From positions 1-31,197 of the IMG/VR virus record IMGVR_UViG_3300028557_000132: a stretch of 31,197 bases of DNA; one strand, 5' to 3'. This document shows, piece by piece, positions 1-8,924 of the stretch (position 1 is the stretch's first letter; each line of letters starts with the position of its first letter). The translations under genes were made by a program, and so were the position numbers. The stretch is from a virus (taxonomy: Duplodnaviria; Caudoviricetes). The notes under the pieces are model-generated. The model was not told where the DNA came from. It saw only the letters and a list, made by a program, of their open reading frames with translations, and made no database searches.

Positions 1-532
1 AACTGTATAAACTTAATACATAACTTTCACCAGTAGCGATGTTCATAGTTCGGGGGCTATTCGTTAGGAACTCGCCAAAGCCTACGCCAGCCGTTATGAC
101 CTTATTAGGCAAACCTGCTGCGTTGTAAGTTTGTCGGGCTGCATTGATAACTATTTTGCCGCCCGTATTACCGCCCAAACTGTTGCCAACTATAAGTACT
201 CCATTGCTGTTTAGTAATTCGTAAAACGCATAAGTTAACAAATTAAAGTAGCTGTTAGGTGCGGTGTATTGCCTTGCTGCAATCGCTGGCGTTTGAATGT
301 CGTAGCTTACATTGTCACGGTAAAACTCCTGCAAATCAAACTCAAATACGGCTGTGCCTGCTATGCTTGGTTGTACTTGCAAAGTAATAATTGATGCAAC
401 TGAATTACCGTTAACGCCTTGAAACTCGCCAACCATTTTTTTTACGTTGCCGTTGTTGCTGGATACAGTCCATACCGCATTCGTAAATGACTCCAACGGT
501 GTAGCTTGTTGACCTAGTAGTGTTATTGCCAT
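1..532 (-). CDS. Putative virion structural (tail/baseplate-region) protein, partial; runs off the window
   Basis: Not in the ORF track because it has no stop in the window. ATG at 530-532 overlaps the upstream TAA (TAATG). Open to base 1: MAITLLGQQATPLESFTNAVWTV...FEFDLQEF...FLTNSPRTMNI. Follows neck/tail-completion-like genes. Confidence 0.6.
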   Translation of the reverse strand, partial: MAITLLGQQATPLESFTNAVWTVSSNNGNVKKMVGEFQGVNGNSVASIITLQVQPSIAGTAVFEFDLQEFYRDNVSYDIQTPAIAARQYTAPNSYFNLLTYAFYELLNSNGVLIVGNSLGGNTGGKIVINAARQTYNAAGLPNKVITAGVGFGEFLTNSPRTMNIATGESYVLSLYS

Positions 533-1005
533 TATCCTAACTTATTAAACATTTCGTTAAAATGGTTCTTTATGTCTTTATCAAGTGCTGCCGTTACCAT
601 CTCATCTATCTGCCGTTCTATTTGCTCAATTGCAAACTCAATTATATTGGTAGCTGGTATGCCCCGTTTAAATATCGCTTCACGAATTGCCCACGCTGCC
701 GACTTTACTTTCTTATCGTCACTCTCTAATCCTTTAATCTTTACCCACTCAATTAGTGCCTTTAGAAACGAACCATCGCCACCACTTGGATAACCAGCCT
801 TGCGCCCGTCACTTACGTTGTTGATGTACCTATCTGCCAACAAATCCACTTTGTAGCTGTTTTCGGTTCGGCTTATCACATACTCAACACTATCTCGTAA
901 TTGTCCGCTTGCTACTTTCTTTTTAGCGACTATTTCCGCTATCAAGACGTTAGCCATGAATTGCCCTACTATCTCTAGTTCCGTTTGAAGTTCTTTAAAC
1001 TCCAT
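532..1005 (-). CDS. Putative neck/tail-completion protein (HK97 gp10-like)
   Basis: VASGQLRDS motif, V-x-DGRK, LIEWVKIKG...AWAIREAIFKRGI, typical of phage morphogenesis gp10-like proteins. Overlaps its neighbours. Confidence 0.6.
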   Translation of the reverse strand: MEFKELQTELEIVGQFMANVLIAEIVAKKKVASGQLRDSVEYVISRTENSYKVDLLADRYINNVSDGRKAGYPSGGDGSFLKALIEWVKIKGLESDDKKVKSAAWAIREAIFKRGIPATNIIEFAIEQIERQIDEMVTAALDKDIKNHFNEMFNKLG

Positions 1006-1468
1006 AGTTGAATACCCCGTTTACGCACGCATCGGTAAATACTTCTATTTGTAGCGGAAACTGCAACCTCAATAGCCTATCGTTGCCGTAATTAAACACA
1101 AAGTCGCCACCCGTTGCGGTATCGTTTACAATCCTTATACGGGCATTGGTTTTGAACCTACTTCGTATTTCGGTTAGGTACTGCTCCGCAATGCTCAATA
1201 GGTTTTCCTGCTCGGTTTGGTCAGTATTTAGGGCTTCAACATCTCTATGAAACAACTGAAAAAATTGGAACTGCATAGAGTACACCCTGCGACCTTTTAT
1301 AAAGTCCATTGTATTTACGTTTAGGTTGCGGTCAACTAGTAAACGTGGGTATAACTTTTCACCTTGTGTGTTAATCTCGGAACGGTTGCCGTATGTAAAG
1401 CCTTGAAGCCCTGCCATTGCATCGGCTGTGGTTTGGAGTATGTCAATAACATCAATGAGGGTCGCCAT
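995..1468 (-). CDS. Putative tail terminator / head-tail joining protein
   Basis: 157 aa with a YP-x-L-x-V motif and beta-rich pattern, adjacent to the gp10-like gene. Function inferred from size and context. Confidence 0.45.
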   Translation of the reverse strand: MATLIDVIDILQTTADAMAGLQGFTYGNRSEINTQGEKLYPRLLVDRNLNVNTMDFIKGRRVYSMQFQFFQLFHRDVEALNTDQTEQENLLSIAEQYLTEIRSRFKTNARIRIVNDTATGGDFVFNYGNDRLLRLQFPLQIEVFTDACVNGVFNYGV

Positions 1469-1472
1469 GTTA

Positions 1473-1503
1473 CAAATATAGTTATTTTAGACTTACCAAA
1501 CAA
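1473..1503 (-). promoter_or_regulatory. Bacteroidota-type promoter (-7 TATATTTG; TTG 20 bp upstream)
   Basis: caaatata at 1473-1480 reads TATATTTG on minus (consensus TAnnTTTG), 4 nt before the ATG at 1468. Confidence 0.6.
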
Positions 1504-1536
1504 TAGTTTTAGAGTAGCCTAAATTTATTTTTAGGC

Positions 1537-1569
1537 AAAGAAAAACCCAACCTTACGGGGCTGGGCTTT
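1537..1569 (-). terminator. Rho-independent terminator (native end of the glycosyltransferase operon)
   Basis: Minus strand AGCCCAGCC-ccgtaa-GGTTGGGTT-TTTCTTT, a 9-bp stem with G-U pairs followed by a U-tract. Confidence 0.7.
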
Positions 1570-1584
1570 CAATGTTTTAAGCAA

Positions 1585-1592
1585 ATAAATTA
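1585..1592. repeat. Target-site duplication, left copy (ATAAATTA)
   Basis: Identical 8-mer at 5614-5621; each copy directly abuts a TIR. Confidence 0.9.
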
Positions 1593-1618
1593 GGCAATGA
1601 TATACTTTAGTGTACTAA
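1593..1618 (+). repeat. IS terminal inverted repeat (downstream end)
   Basis: ggcaatgatatactttagtgtactaa; 20/26 match to the reverse complement of 5588-5613. Confidence 0.88.
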
Positions 1619-1626
1619 GCCCGATT

Positions 1627-2760
1627 TTAACGGGTTGTTTGGTTGCTTTTCTTTTTGGCCGTGCTAAAGTCGCTAGGGCTTTGTGCCATCTTTTCTATGG
1701 CTTTACCAAAGTTTACATCTTCGCCAGTGTCGTATTTTTCGGCCAGTTCTGAATCGGATAAGCCCTTTGTCTCTTTCTTGTAGCTTTTGGGCTTAATATC
1801 CATTACATCCACTTCCAGTGACGATGAGTAAGGCAATGATTTGATGTAGTTCTCCATAAAATTAAAGTCGGGTTTGCCGTTTAAAGAAGGCAGGCTAATG
1901 CAAGATTCGGACATTCTATCTTTATGCCATTTTCGCCCATAATTAAAGCGATAGCGTTCTTTTTCTATAACTGTTGCAATAAAAAGTGCACTAAAGACAT
2001 TCATCTCAAACTTTGGGTACAATACGTTAACATCATCTGATGCCCAAAACGGTACTGGTTGGTAAAATGCTTCCGCTACCGAGCCATTATAGTTAACGCT
2101 AATGGTATTACCGTCATGTATCGGTAATTGCCCTATAAAATCTCTCCAACCGTTGTTTGAATCAATGGCTGCAACAAAAGGGGTATTACCCACTTCAAAA
2201 TGTTCCTTGGTTAAACGTTTGCCTTTCTTTATTTCAAAAAAGTCTTTAATCCTAAACGATGTAAATTCACATTTTTCAAGAAACAAAGGCCGACCCATAC
2301 AAGATGAATCTGGCACGTTTGTAGCGTTAATGCCTACAAGCCCAATTTCGATAGGCATTTTATCAGGAACTAATAAATCCTTTAGAGTTCGATTAGCCTG
2401 CCTGCCGTAATTATACTTGTATTTGTTTGCCCTAATACAATAGCAATAAAAGAGTAACTCCAAATCAGTCATTTGTTGTAATGGGGTCAGAACAAATACA
2501 TGAAATCCAGTGTAGTATGGTTTTGGTTGCAAAAAAGAAGAAAGTACCGAGCCACCTAAAGCTACAGATATTGTTTTTGCTGGGTTTTCGGCAAACAAAT
2601 CACTTCTTTTAACAATTGCCGCTATGCCATTATTCTTTTCCGTCCTAGATACGTAGTTAATGGCATCCTCATTATCAGCAGGGCATTGCTCTAGGTTTAT
2701 TAACTCTAGGCTGTTGCCATACTGAATGCGGAACAAGGTATGTAGTGGTACTAACTTCAT
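1627..2760 (-). CDS. Restriction-modification specificity (S) subunit, two TRDs (BcgI beta / HsdS-like)
   Basis: Internally duplicated architecture (YVSRTEKNNG / FVAAIDSNNG; KYNYGRQAN / RFNYGRKWH; FLQPKPY / FYQPVPF) and PDFNFMENYIKSLPYS end. Starts 1 nt after the RM gene. Confidence 0.88.
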   Translation of the reverse strand: MKLVPLHTLFRIQYGNSLELINLEQCPADNEDAINYVSRTEKNNGIAAIVKRSDLFAENPAKTISVALGGSVLSSFLQPKPYYTGFHVFVLTPLQQMTDLELLFYCYCIRANKYKYNYGRQANRTLKDLLVPDKMPIEIGLVGINATNVPDSSCMGRPLFLEKCEFTSFRIKDFFEIKKGKRLTKEHFEVGNTPFVAAIDSNNGWRDFIGQLPIHDGNTISVNYNGSVAEAFYQPVPFWASDDVNVLYPKFEMNVFSALFIATVIEKERYRFNYGRKWHKDRMSESCISLPSLNGKPDFNFMENYIKSLPYSSSLEVDVMDIKPKSYKKETKGLSDSELAEKYDTGEDVNFGKAIEKMAQSPSDFSTAKKKSNQTTR

Positions 2761-2761
2761 G

Positions 2762-4591
2762 TTACTTCAAATATAATTCAGTAAACAACACATACTCTTT
2801 TATCGTTTTGATAAAATCATCTTTTGATAGATTGGAATAGTCAGTTTCCATATATGCCTCCGCACACCACTCATCGGCAGCCGTTACCCTTTTAGTGACA
2901 GAAAGCCCAGCTATATTTTTGCGGTTAACATAACTGTCAACCCATTGCGCCCTTATTGATTCCCATTTATCATAGGCATCAACCCTGCCTTTATGCTTCC
3001 GCTTTTCAAAACCATCGATTTTCCAGTACCCAAAATATGTTTCCTTATTAGGTGGATGAGGCACGTGTGCCCTTAGTACAATGATTGCTGTCACAACGCC
3101 ATTGTCGGTATTGTAGAACAAATCGTCTGGCATGGACATAACGGCCTCTAAAGTGTGCTTTTCCAAAAGCTGCCGCTTTAATTCAAGGGTCTGTTTCTTT
3201 GCCGATAATACCCTCTCCATCGGTATAATTGCCACACAAAGCCCGTTTCTCTGTAAACATTCCATGTTGTTGAGCACAAACACAAACTCGTTTATTCCGT
3301 TAACCTTGTCATTAGGGTACGGTGGGTTGAGCATACCAACCGTAGGCGCAAACTCCTTTATAGTTTCTACTACTTCGGGTTTTAGGCAATCCTCGTGGAT
3401 AATGTTTGATTTGCCGTCTTTATGTATGTACATATTCGTGGCGGCCAATGCGTAAATGTGAGATTGGTACTCCACACCGATAAGCTGGTGCTCTTTGATA
3501 TGCTTTATTTTTGTTTCGTCACCCTTGGCATCTATCACCATAGCACGCATTGCGCTGATTAGAAATCCAGCCGTGCCCGTACAGTTATCATAAACCACGC
3601 TATCCTTGTCCACAAATGCCAAATCACAGAAAAGTTGTGTTATGTGGGGAGGTGTAAGCACTATTCCTAAACTAGAATCAGCATTCGCATAACTTAAAAA
3701 CTCTACGTAAAGCTGCCCCAAAACATCAATATACTTGTATGTCTGTAAGTAGCCGTTAACATTCTTGTCTATATCGTCAATAAGTTCCGCAAGTATGTTT
3801 TGCTCTGTATCGGGGTTCTTTTTTAACGATAAAGTGGCATCCGACCTAATGAAGCTAAATTGATTGTTTAGGTTCTCAACTTTCTTTTGGGGCAATGACT
3901 TTTTTAGTTCCAAAACAACCGTATCAACCAACCTGTCAGCTAAATCCTGCGGCTCTTCAATCTCGTTATAAGACTTGTAAAAAGCCTTGTTGTCCAAGGC
4001 AATAAGTACACTGCTTAAAAACAATCCTCTTTGACTTGCTAATACCTTGTGGCTTTCTAGTTTGTTGTTCAATTTCCTAGAATAGTCAATTAAGGCATAA
4101 TAATCTTGGCGGTGCTTTTGCGGGCTACCTAAGTAACTTTTTAGATAGCTTTCATAATCCAGCAACTTGTTCCCATAATCCATTTCAGTGGCCTTCGGCT
4201 CACCGTTTAGTTGCAAATAATGAGAAACCCTCAACTCTCTTTCCGTTTGTCCGCTAACGGCTATTGCTAAGACATCATATTCCTTTGAAAGAAACGAGGC
4301 ATAAAGAATAGCACCGTCAACGGCAAAATCGGCATACCTATCAAGCGTTTTGCTTTGGTGCTTCGTTGCTTCGGCCTTACATTCAACAACAATCAAAAAA
4401 TCGGGGCACTCCTTAAACGAAATGATAAATTCGGGATACCCCCTGCCACCACCTTTTTTGGAAGCATACTTTAATAGCTTGGCTATTTTTGGTATATCCG
4501 ACATCTGTTTCTCTACGTGCACCTTTTTATAGGTGTTCGTGGCAAGGAACGCTGATACCAAATCTTCTGTTTTCCTTTCGTTAGCACGCAT
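2762..4591 (-). CDS. Fused endonuclease / N6-adenine methyltransferase (Type IIB, BcgI alpha-like)
   Basis: N-terminal nuclease motif PEF...VVECK, LGIVLTPPH, SAM motif I YDNCTGTAGFL, catalytic NPPY (gamma-class order). Followed by an S subunit with no HsdR. Confidence 0.85.
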   Translation of the reverse strand: MRANERKTEDLVSAFLATNTYKKVHVEKQMSDIPKIAKLLKYASKKGGGRGYPEFIISFKECPDFLIVVECKAEATKHQSKTLDRYADFAVDGAILYASFLSKEYDVLAIAVSGQTERELRVSHYLQLNGEPKATEMDYGNKLLDYESYLKSYLGSPQKHRQDYYALIDYSRKLNNKLESHKVLASQRGLFLSSVLIALDNKAFYKSYNEIEEPQDLADRLVDTVVLELKKSLPQKKVENLNNQFSFIRSDATLSLKKNPDTEQNILAELIDDIDKNVNGYLQTYKYIDVLGQLYVEFLSYANADSSLGIVLTPPHITQLFCDLAFVDKDSVVYDNCTGTAGFLISAMRAMVIDAKGDETKIKHIKEHQLIGVEYQSHIYALAATNMYIHKDGKSNIIHEDCLKPEVVETIKEFAPTVGMLNPPYPNDKVNGINEFVFVLNNMECLQRNGLCVAIIPMERVLSAKKQTLELKRQLLEKHTLEAVMSMPDDLFYNTDNGVVTAIIVLRAHVPHPPNKETYFGYWKIDGFEKRKHKGRVDAYDKWESIRAQWVDSYVNRKNIAGLSVTKRVTAADEWCAEAYMETDYSNLSKDDFIKTIKEYVLFTELYLK

Positions 4592-5543
4592 CGTAGGCTA
4601 TTTTGCTTGTTAGCTTTTTGTAAGTCAATTTGGTTGAGTTCAACAATGAATAATCGAAACGCTCGTTAACGCTTTCTTTTCGTGCATTATATCTAAAGGC
4701 GAACTCGTCACAATACCTCGTTAGGTGTTTCGGGCTTACGTGGTGGTAGATACCGTAGATACCCCTTTTAAGGTGCGACCAAAAGTTCTCTATACCGTTA
4801 TTGTGAAAGCCACCCCTAACATACTCATTTTCCTTGTGGTTTAGAACAACGTGGCTGTGGGTAGTAGCCAATCCCTTGTAAGCAACCCATTCATCGGTGA
4901 TTATTATCGCACCCTCTGCAACCATCCTTTTTATTATCGGCTTGATGGTGCTGGCCTTGGTATCGGTAATAACGGCAGTCCTTACCTTGCCACCCGATTG
5001 CAACAATCCAAACACGGGCGTTTTATCCTTTACGCTACGCCCTTGGCTTTCAACAACCTTTTTGTCCGCATGGCGGTTTTTGTGCTTGCCACCGATAAAT
5101 GTTTCATCGGCTTGAAAACATCCGTCCTGTTTAATATCTGCATCTTTGGGACTGAACGCTTGCCTAATCCTACTCAACATAAACCAAGCTGTTTTTTGTG
5201 TCACGCCAAGGTCGCTTGCCAACTGATGCGAACTGATACCCTTTTTGTGCAGCGAAAATATATAGATTGCGATAAACCATTTACGCAAAGGTACGTGAGA
5301 ACCCTCGAACATCGTACCTATGGTTACGGTGTAACGTTGTTTGCAATCCCCACATTTGTACATTCCTTTGAACACGCCTTTTGTTTTTAGTGTGTATGCT
5401 TTGGTGCATTTGCAATATGTGCAAGTTGGCGTTCCGTTCCAAATCTTTTGTTCAAGATAACTTCTGCAAGCGGCATCGTCTGGCAGTGCTGCAAGCATGG
5501 TGGTCAAGGAGTTGAACTTTGCGATATTTTGTGTAGCTTCCAT
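4581..5543 (-). CDS. IS1595-family (ISXO2-like) transposase
   Basis: Zn ribbon CTYC...YKCGDC, TVTIGTMFEGSH, HTH (ISSHQLASDLGVTQKTAWFM), catalytic motifs QADETFIGG, ITDEW, NGIENFWSHLKRG, YCDEFAFRYN. Confidence 0.95.
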   Translation of the reverse strand: MEATQNIAKFNSLTTMLAALPDDAACRSYLEQKIWNGTPTCTYCKCTKAYTLKTKGVFKGMYKCGDCKQRYTVTIGTMFEGSHVPLRKWFIAIYIFSLHKKGISSHQLASDLGVTQKTAWFMLSRIRQAFSPKDADIKQDGCFQADETFIGGKHKNRHADKKVVESQGRSVKDKTPVFGLLQSGGKVRTAVITDTKASTIKPIIKRMVAEGAIIITDEWVAYKGLATTHSHVVLNHKENEYVRGGFHNNGIENFWSHLKRGIYGIYHHVSPKHLTRYCDEFAFRYNARKESVNERFDYSLLNSTKLTYKKLTSKIAYDAC

Positions 5544-5587
5544 TGGTAGTAGCTTTGTGGTTTGCTACTAAAATATACAACTAATTT

Positions 5588-5613
5588 TTGGTACAACCAA
5601 ATATATTATTGCC
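5588..5613 (-). repeat. IS terminal inverted repeat (transposase-upstream end)
   Basis: Reverse complement ggcaataatatatttggttgtaccaa. Confidence 0.88.
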
Positions 5614-6340
5614 ATAAATTATTCGTTTCCACTATGCTATACTGTGGCATAAACGGGTGCGGTTGCCCTAACTGCCAATCGTCTATCTCTTTTAGCCGTT
5701 TATCCATGTCCTTTATATTGCCCCGTGCGCTGCTGTTTCGTAGCTTCATTGCTATGTCATTCCTAACGTAACTCATGTGGTGCATCAGTATCGGTACTTC
5801 CTTGCACCTACCTTGTGGGCTTGTACCTCTAGTCGGGTCTACGTATATTCCAAAACCCCCAATATTGCACGATGTGATTTTGCAAATAAACGGCACAAAG
5901 TAGTTTTCTAAAGGCTCTAATCGGTAATTAGGCTGTTTGAAGTACGTAACCAATTTACAATAGCTAGTGTCTAGATTGTGCTCTAATACAAACGCTTTGC
6001 CAGCTTCAAAGTCACTAGGTACGTAATACTCATCGGTATCAATGTGCAGGAAATGCGTACAACCTAAGTCCTTTGCAACCATGCTACCTTTAAACCGCTT
6101 GGCTATCTCGTTATGCGTACCGCCTTTCTGTATGTCGGGGGTGTAGTAGCTATGCGTTACCTTTGAGTACTTAGCCGATAACGCTTGAACGCAAATAGAT
6201 GTATCGGGGTTTAGTTCGCCAAAGTTGCTACGGTCTTGCCACACTAAAATAATGTGGTCAACAAACGGATAAATTAGGCTTATAGACTTATCTAAGTGCT
6301 CTAATCCGTCCCATACGTTGTAAACTGCTGCTAGTTTCAT
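5606..6340 (-). CDS. Glycosyltransferase-like protein (GT-A fold)
   Basis: N-terminal beta strand KLAAVYNVWD, SI...VDHIILV, DxD motif THFLHIDTDE, C-terminal MHHMSYVR. Last codons are supplied by the IS end. Confidence 0.7.
   Translation of the reverse strand: MKLAAVYNVWDGLEHLDKSISLIYPFVDHIILVWQDRSNFGELNPDTSICVQALSAKYSKVTHSYYTPDIQKGGTHNEIAKRFKGSMVAKDLGCTHFLHIDTDEYYVPSDFEAGKAFVLEHNLDTSYCKLVTYFKQPNYRLEPLENYFVPFICKITSCNIGGFGIYVDPTRGTSPQGRCKEVPILMHHMSYVRNDIAMKLRNSSARGNIKDMDKRLKEIDDWQLGQPHPFMPQYSIVETNNLWQ
5614..5621. repeat. Target-site duplication, right copy (ATAAATTA)
   Basis: Identical to 1585-1592. Confidence 0.9.
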
Positions 6341-6483
6341 TCTTTAGGTATATTTTTATAATCACCATACGGTAAATGCCGTTCCCCTTGTGCTGCATAA
6401 ATTACTTTCAGTTCAGCACATAAGGCATCTTGCTCTTTAAGTATTTCGCCTAACCTTTTTCGTATTTCGGTTTCTCTATCCAT
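6337..6483 (-). CDS. Small hypothetical protein (48 aa)
   Basis: ATG at 6483, 1 nt after the upstream stop; ATGA overlap with the next gene. MDRETEIRKRLGEILKEQ... Confidence 0.55.
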   Translation of the reverse strand: MDRETEIRKRLGEILKEQDALCAELKVIYAAQGERHLPYGDYKNIPKE

Positions 6484-6484
6484 A

Positions 6485-7102
6485 TTATTTCTTTGAGGGT
6501 CTGCCACGTTTTTTAGGTGCTGGTGTTTCGGTTTGTTGTTTATCTCTATTAGTGCTTTCAAACGGCAAAGTGTAAAAGTCACTTTCGCTTGGAAACACAT
6601 CGCTAATCTTACGCAATACCCCGTACACGTTCCAGCCATCGGTTACGTTACCCATTGCAGCATGTTCGCCAACTTCAATTAGTTCATATCCTGCGACCTT
6701 GCAAAGTTCGGCATAAAATTCTTTTGTAAGGTAGTGGAAACCATGCCCGTGCCAGTTGTTTACCTTTGGGTTTTCGCTTATAATCAAGCCGCCAATCTTA
6801 CACCCGTTGTGCTTGTTCAACCAACAATTGTAATAATTGCTAACGTGTTCGCTAGTACCGAAATCGGTAACAATGTCGCACGGCTCTAAATTCAAGATAG
6901 TTGACAAATCTACTATCTCGCTATCGTATTCCCCGTTTGCATCAAGGCTATAATGTTCAAATCCTTGTTTAGTGTAGTAGTCTTTAGCTACTCCCATTGG
7001 CTCACAATCGAAGTAGGTGTTTTGGCTACCTAATTCGAGCATTGTTTTAGCGTTGCCTTTGTGCTTTTGCACTAAATTGTTTGAGTGTGTAGTTACTCCC
7101 AT
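6485..7102 (-). CDS. Class I SAM-dependent methyltransferase-like protein
   Basis: MLELGSQ (motif I), YSLDANG, DIVTDFGTSEHV, CKIGGLII. Basic tail KKRGRPSKK. Confidence 0.75.
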   Translation of the reverse strand: MGVTTHSNNLVQKHKGNAKTMLELGSQNTYFDCEPMGVAKDYYTKQGFEHYSLDANGEYDSEIVDLSTILNLEPCDIVTDFGTSEHVSNYYNCWLNKHNGCKIGGLIISENPKVNNWHGHGFHYLTKEFYAELCKVAGYELIEVGEHAAMGNVTDGWNVYGVLRKISDVFPSESDFYTLPFESTNRDKQQTETPAPKKRGRPSKK

Positions 7103-7105
7103 AAA

Positions 7106-7774
7106 TTAAATTGATAACAGGCATACGTCAGCACCCCTGTCTAGTTTGATTAACTGATTGTTATACTCGAATTCAAGCCCTACCATAAAGTAGTACATAA
7201 AAAAGGTTTCATGCCCTTGCAAGATAGCTATATTATTCCTGTTTATCAATAGGCTTGCAACCGTTTGGTCGTGCCTATGGTCGTCCCAACTGCCAACAAA
7301 AGAACCGTTTAAAGCACCTTCGTAATACTGGTCAATAAAGTCTTTAGCCTTATCTCGGTTAAGTCCCATAACACAAGCCATAATCATAGGGGCTTGCAGT
7401 TCCATTTCGGTTATGCTGTAAATTGATTTGCAGCTATCGTTACAGTACGAACCAATGGCATAGGTGTAGTTGTCAAAGAATGCATACCCCGTGTCTTGTA
7501 TGTGCTCAAATAGCTTATCTAAAGGGGCTACGCATTGCACCACGCTATCTAACCAAAGGATATTATCGTACCCCTCATCAAATGCCTTTTTAATGGCATA
7601 GGCTTTGAACGCATACGGGTTATCTTTGTGGTTTGGGCAACCTAGTTGCTTTTCGCTGGTGTAGCAAATATATTCGCCTGTATAGCCTTTAGCGATTAGG
7701 CTTTGCTTTTGCGCTTTAGCGGCTGCTATGTATCGGGGGTTGCCTTTAGCAAATGTTACTATTACGTTTCTCAT
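7106..7774 (-). CDS. Putative glycosyltransferase (nucleotide-diphospho-sugar transferase-like)
   Basis: YAFKAYAI...YDNILWLDS, HRHDQT. Start moved to ATG 7774 (ATGA overlap with the upstream stop). Confidence 0.6.
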   Translation of the reverse strand: MRNVIVTFAKGNPRYIAAAKAQKQSLIAKGYTGEYICYTSEKQLGCPNHKDNPYAFKAYAIKKAFDEGYDNILWLDSVVQCVAPLDKLFEHIQDTGYAFFDNYTYAIGSYCNDSCKSIYSITEMELQAPMIMACVMGLNRDKAKDFIDQYYEGALNGSFVGSWDDHRHDQTVASLLINRNNIAILQGHETFFMYYFMVGLEFEYNNQLIKLDRGADVCLLSI

Positions 7775-8370
7775 ATCGCTGCAAAAATTAGGTTTTCTCC
7801 GTTGCGGTGTATTTCGGTTAATTCGTAGCCAGCGCAATACTCAATATACTTTTTGGGGTCAATTCCGTTGTACTCTACGCATACGCATTTTACATCGGTA
7901 AGGTCTATTTGGCTCAACACTTCAAAATCCATGCCCTCAATATCAATATTGATAAAGTCAAACGTGCGCCCGTTCATTATGCTCTTAACCGTATCGCAAG
8001 GCACTTGCACCTCTGTAAATTGTTCGTTAATCCATCGCTGTTTCTCGCTTTCGATTATCGTACTGACTAAGCTAACATCTTCACCGCCTAAATGCGTGCC
8101 GCTTTCATAAAACGTAATAAAGCCCTTGTACGGGGCTATCGCTACATTAACTACTTCTACCCTGTCATTGTCTTTATAAAGCGTTTGCGCTAGGCTTGCA
8201 GCGGTTTCGCTGGCATCTACTAACATACCACTCCAGCCGTTTAAAGCAATAGCACGGGTGTTGCTAAATGTTGCCCCATCATTGCAGCCTAAATCTAAAA
8301 ACGTACCGATGTAGTGTTCGCCAAAGTAGTCTAATATTACTTGCTGCTCGTTGTTTTGTGAATACCTCAT
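7771..8370 (-). CDS. FkbM-family methyltransferase
   Basis: YSQNNEQ, GTFLDLGCNDG...SNT, GWSGMLVD, FDFINIDIEGMD, CVCVE. Confidence 0.9.
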   Translation of the reverse strand: MRYSQNNEQQVILDYFGEHYIGTFLDLGCNDGATFSNTRAIALNGWSGMLVDASETAASLAQTLYKDNDRVEVVNVAIAPYKGFITFYESGTHLGGEDVSLVSTIIESEKQRWINEQFTEVQVPCDTVKSIMNGRTFDFINIDIEGMDFEVLSQIDLTDVKCVCVEYNGIDPKKYIEYCAGYELTEIHRNGENLIFAAI

Positions 8371-8924
8371 TTGCCTTGTGTGCTTATTGCTGCTTGAAAA
8401 TCGTAATGGTACATATCTTTGTTAATATACACCTCTGTTTTAAGTAACGGGCGTAGCCTGTTTGAATAGTCCGCATCTTCACCGCTATTAATACCCCTCG
8501 GAAACTTAACCCTTAAAGCGAGTTCCCGTTTAACAGGGCAAAGGTGGTTTATAGTCCGATAATACACCCCGTTCAATTCGTACCAACTGTCAAACGTATT
8601 ACTAATCTTAAAGTTGTGGCGGTCTTTGCCATTGGTCGTCATGTAACCGTCAAAGCCCACGCAATCGGGTTTACTTTCAATAGCCTTTAGTAGTTCACTA
8701 ACGTAGTAACTCGGCACTAGGTCGTCATCGTCTATAAATACTATGTAGTCGCCTTTAGCCTTGTCTAGTAACTCGTTGCGCTTATCGCTTATTTTCTTTT
8801 GGCGGTTGTCAATCGAAACTAACACCTCCGCATTAATATCGCTTTGCATATCTAGTGTAGCCAATAACCTAGCTAACAAGTGGCTACGGCTTTCGATTGA
8901 GCATATTAAAATTGATAGCTTCAT
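8367..8924 (-). CDS. Glycosyltransferase family 2
   Basis: KLSILIC, KRNELLDKAKGDYIVFIDDDD, GED motif. Confidence 0.9.
   Translation of the reverse strand: MKLSILICSIESRSHLLARLLATLDMQSDINAEVLVSIDNRQKKISDKRNELLDKAKGDYIVFIDDDDLVPSYYVSELLKAIESKPDCVGFDGYMTTNGKDRHNFKISNTFDSWYELNGVYYRTINHLCPVKRELALRVKFPRGINSGEDADYSNRLRPLLKTEVYINKDMYHYDFQAAISTQGK

Larger units (their letters stand above)
1593..5613 (-). mobile_element. IS1595-family transporter element (4,021 bp) carrying a restriction-modification system
   Basis: TIRs GGCAATgATATAcTTtagTGTACtAA (1593-1618) and GGCAATaATATAtTTggtTGTACcAA (reverse complement of 5588-5613) match at 20/26. Exact 8-bp AT-rich TSD, as established for IS1595. Contains an ISXO2-type transposase and two passenger genes. 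Confidence 0.92.

Noticed and set aside
1627-4591. Type I RM system
   Set aside because: No HsdR, and the MTase carries an N-terminal nuclease-like motif, which fits Type IIB better.
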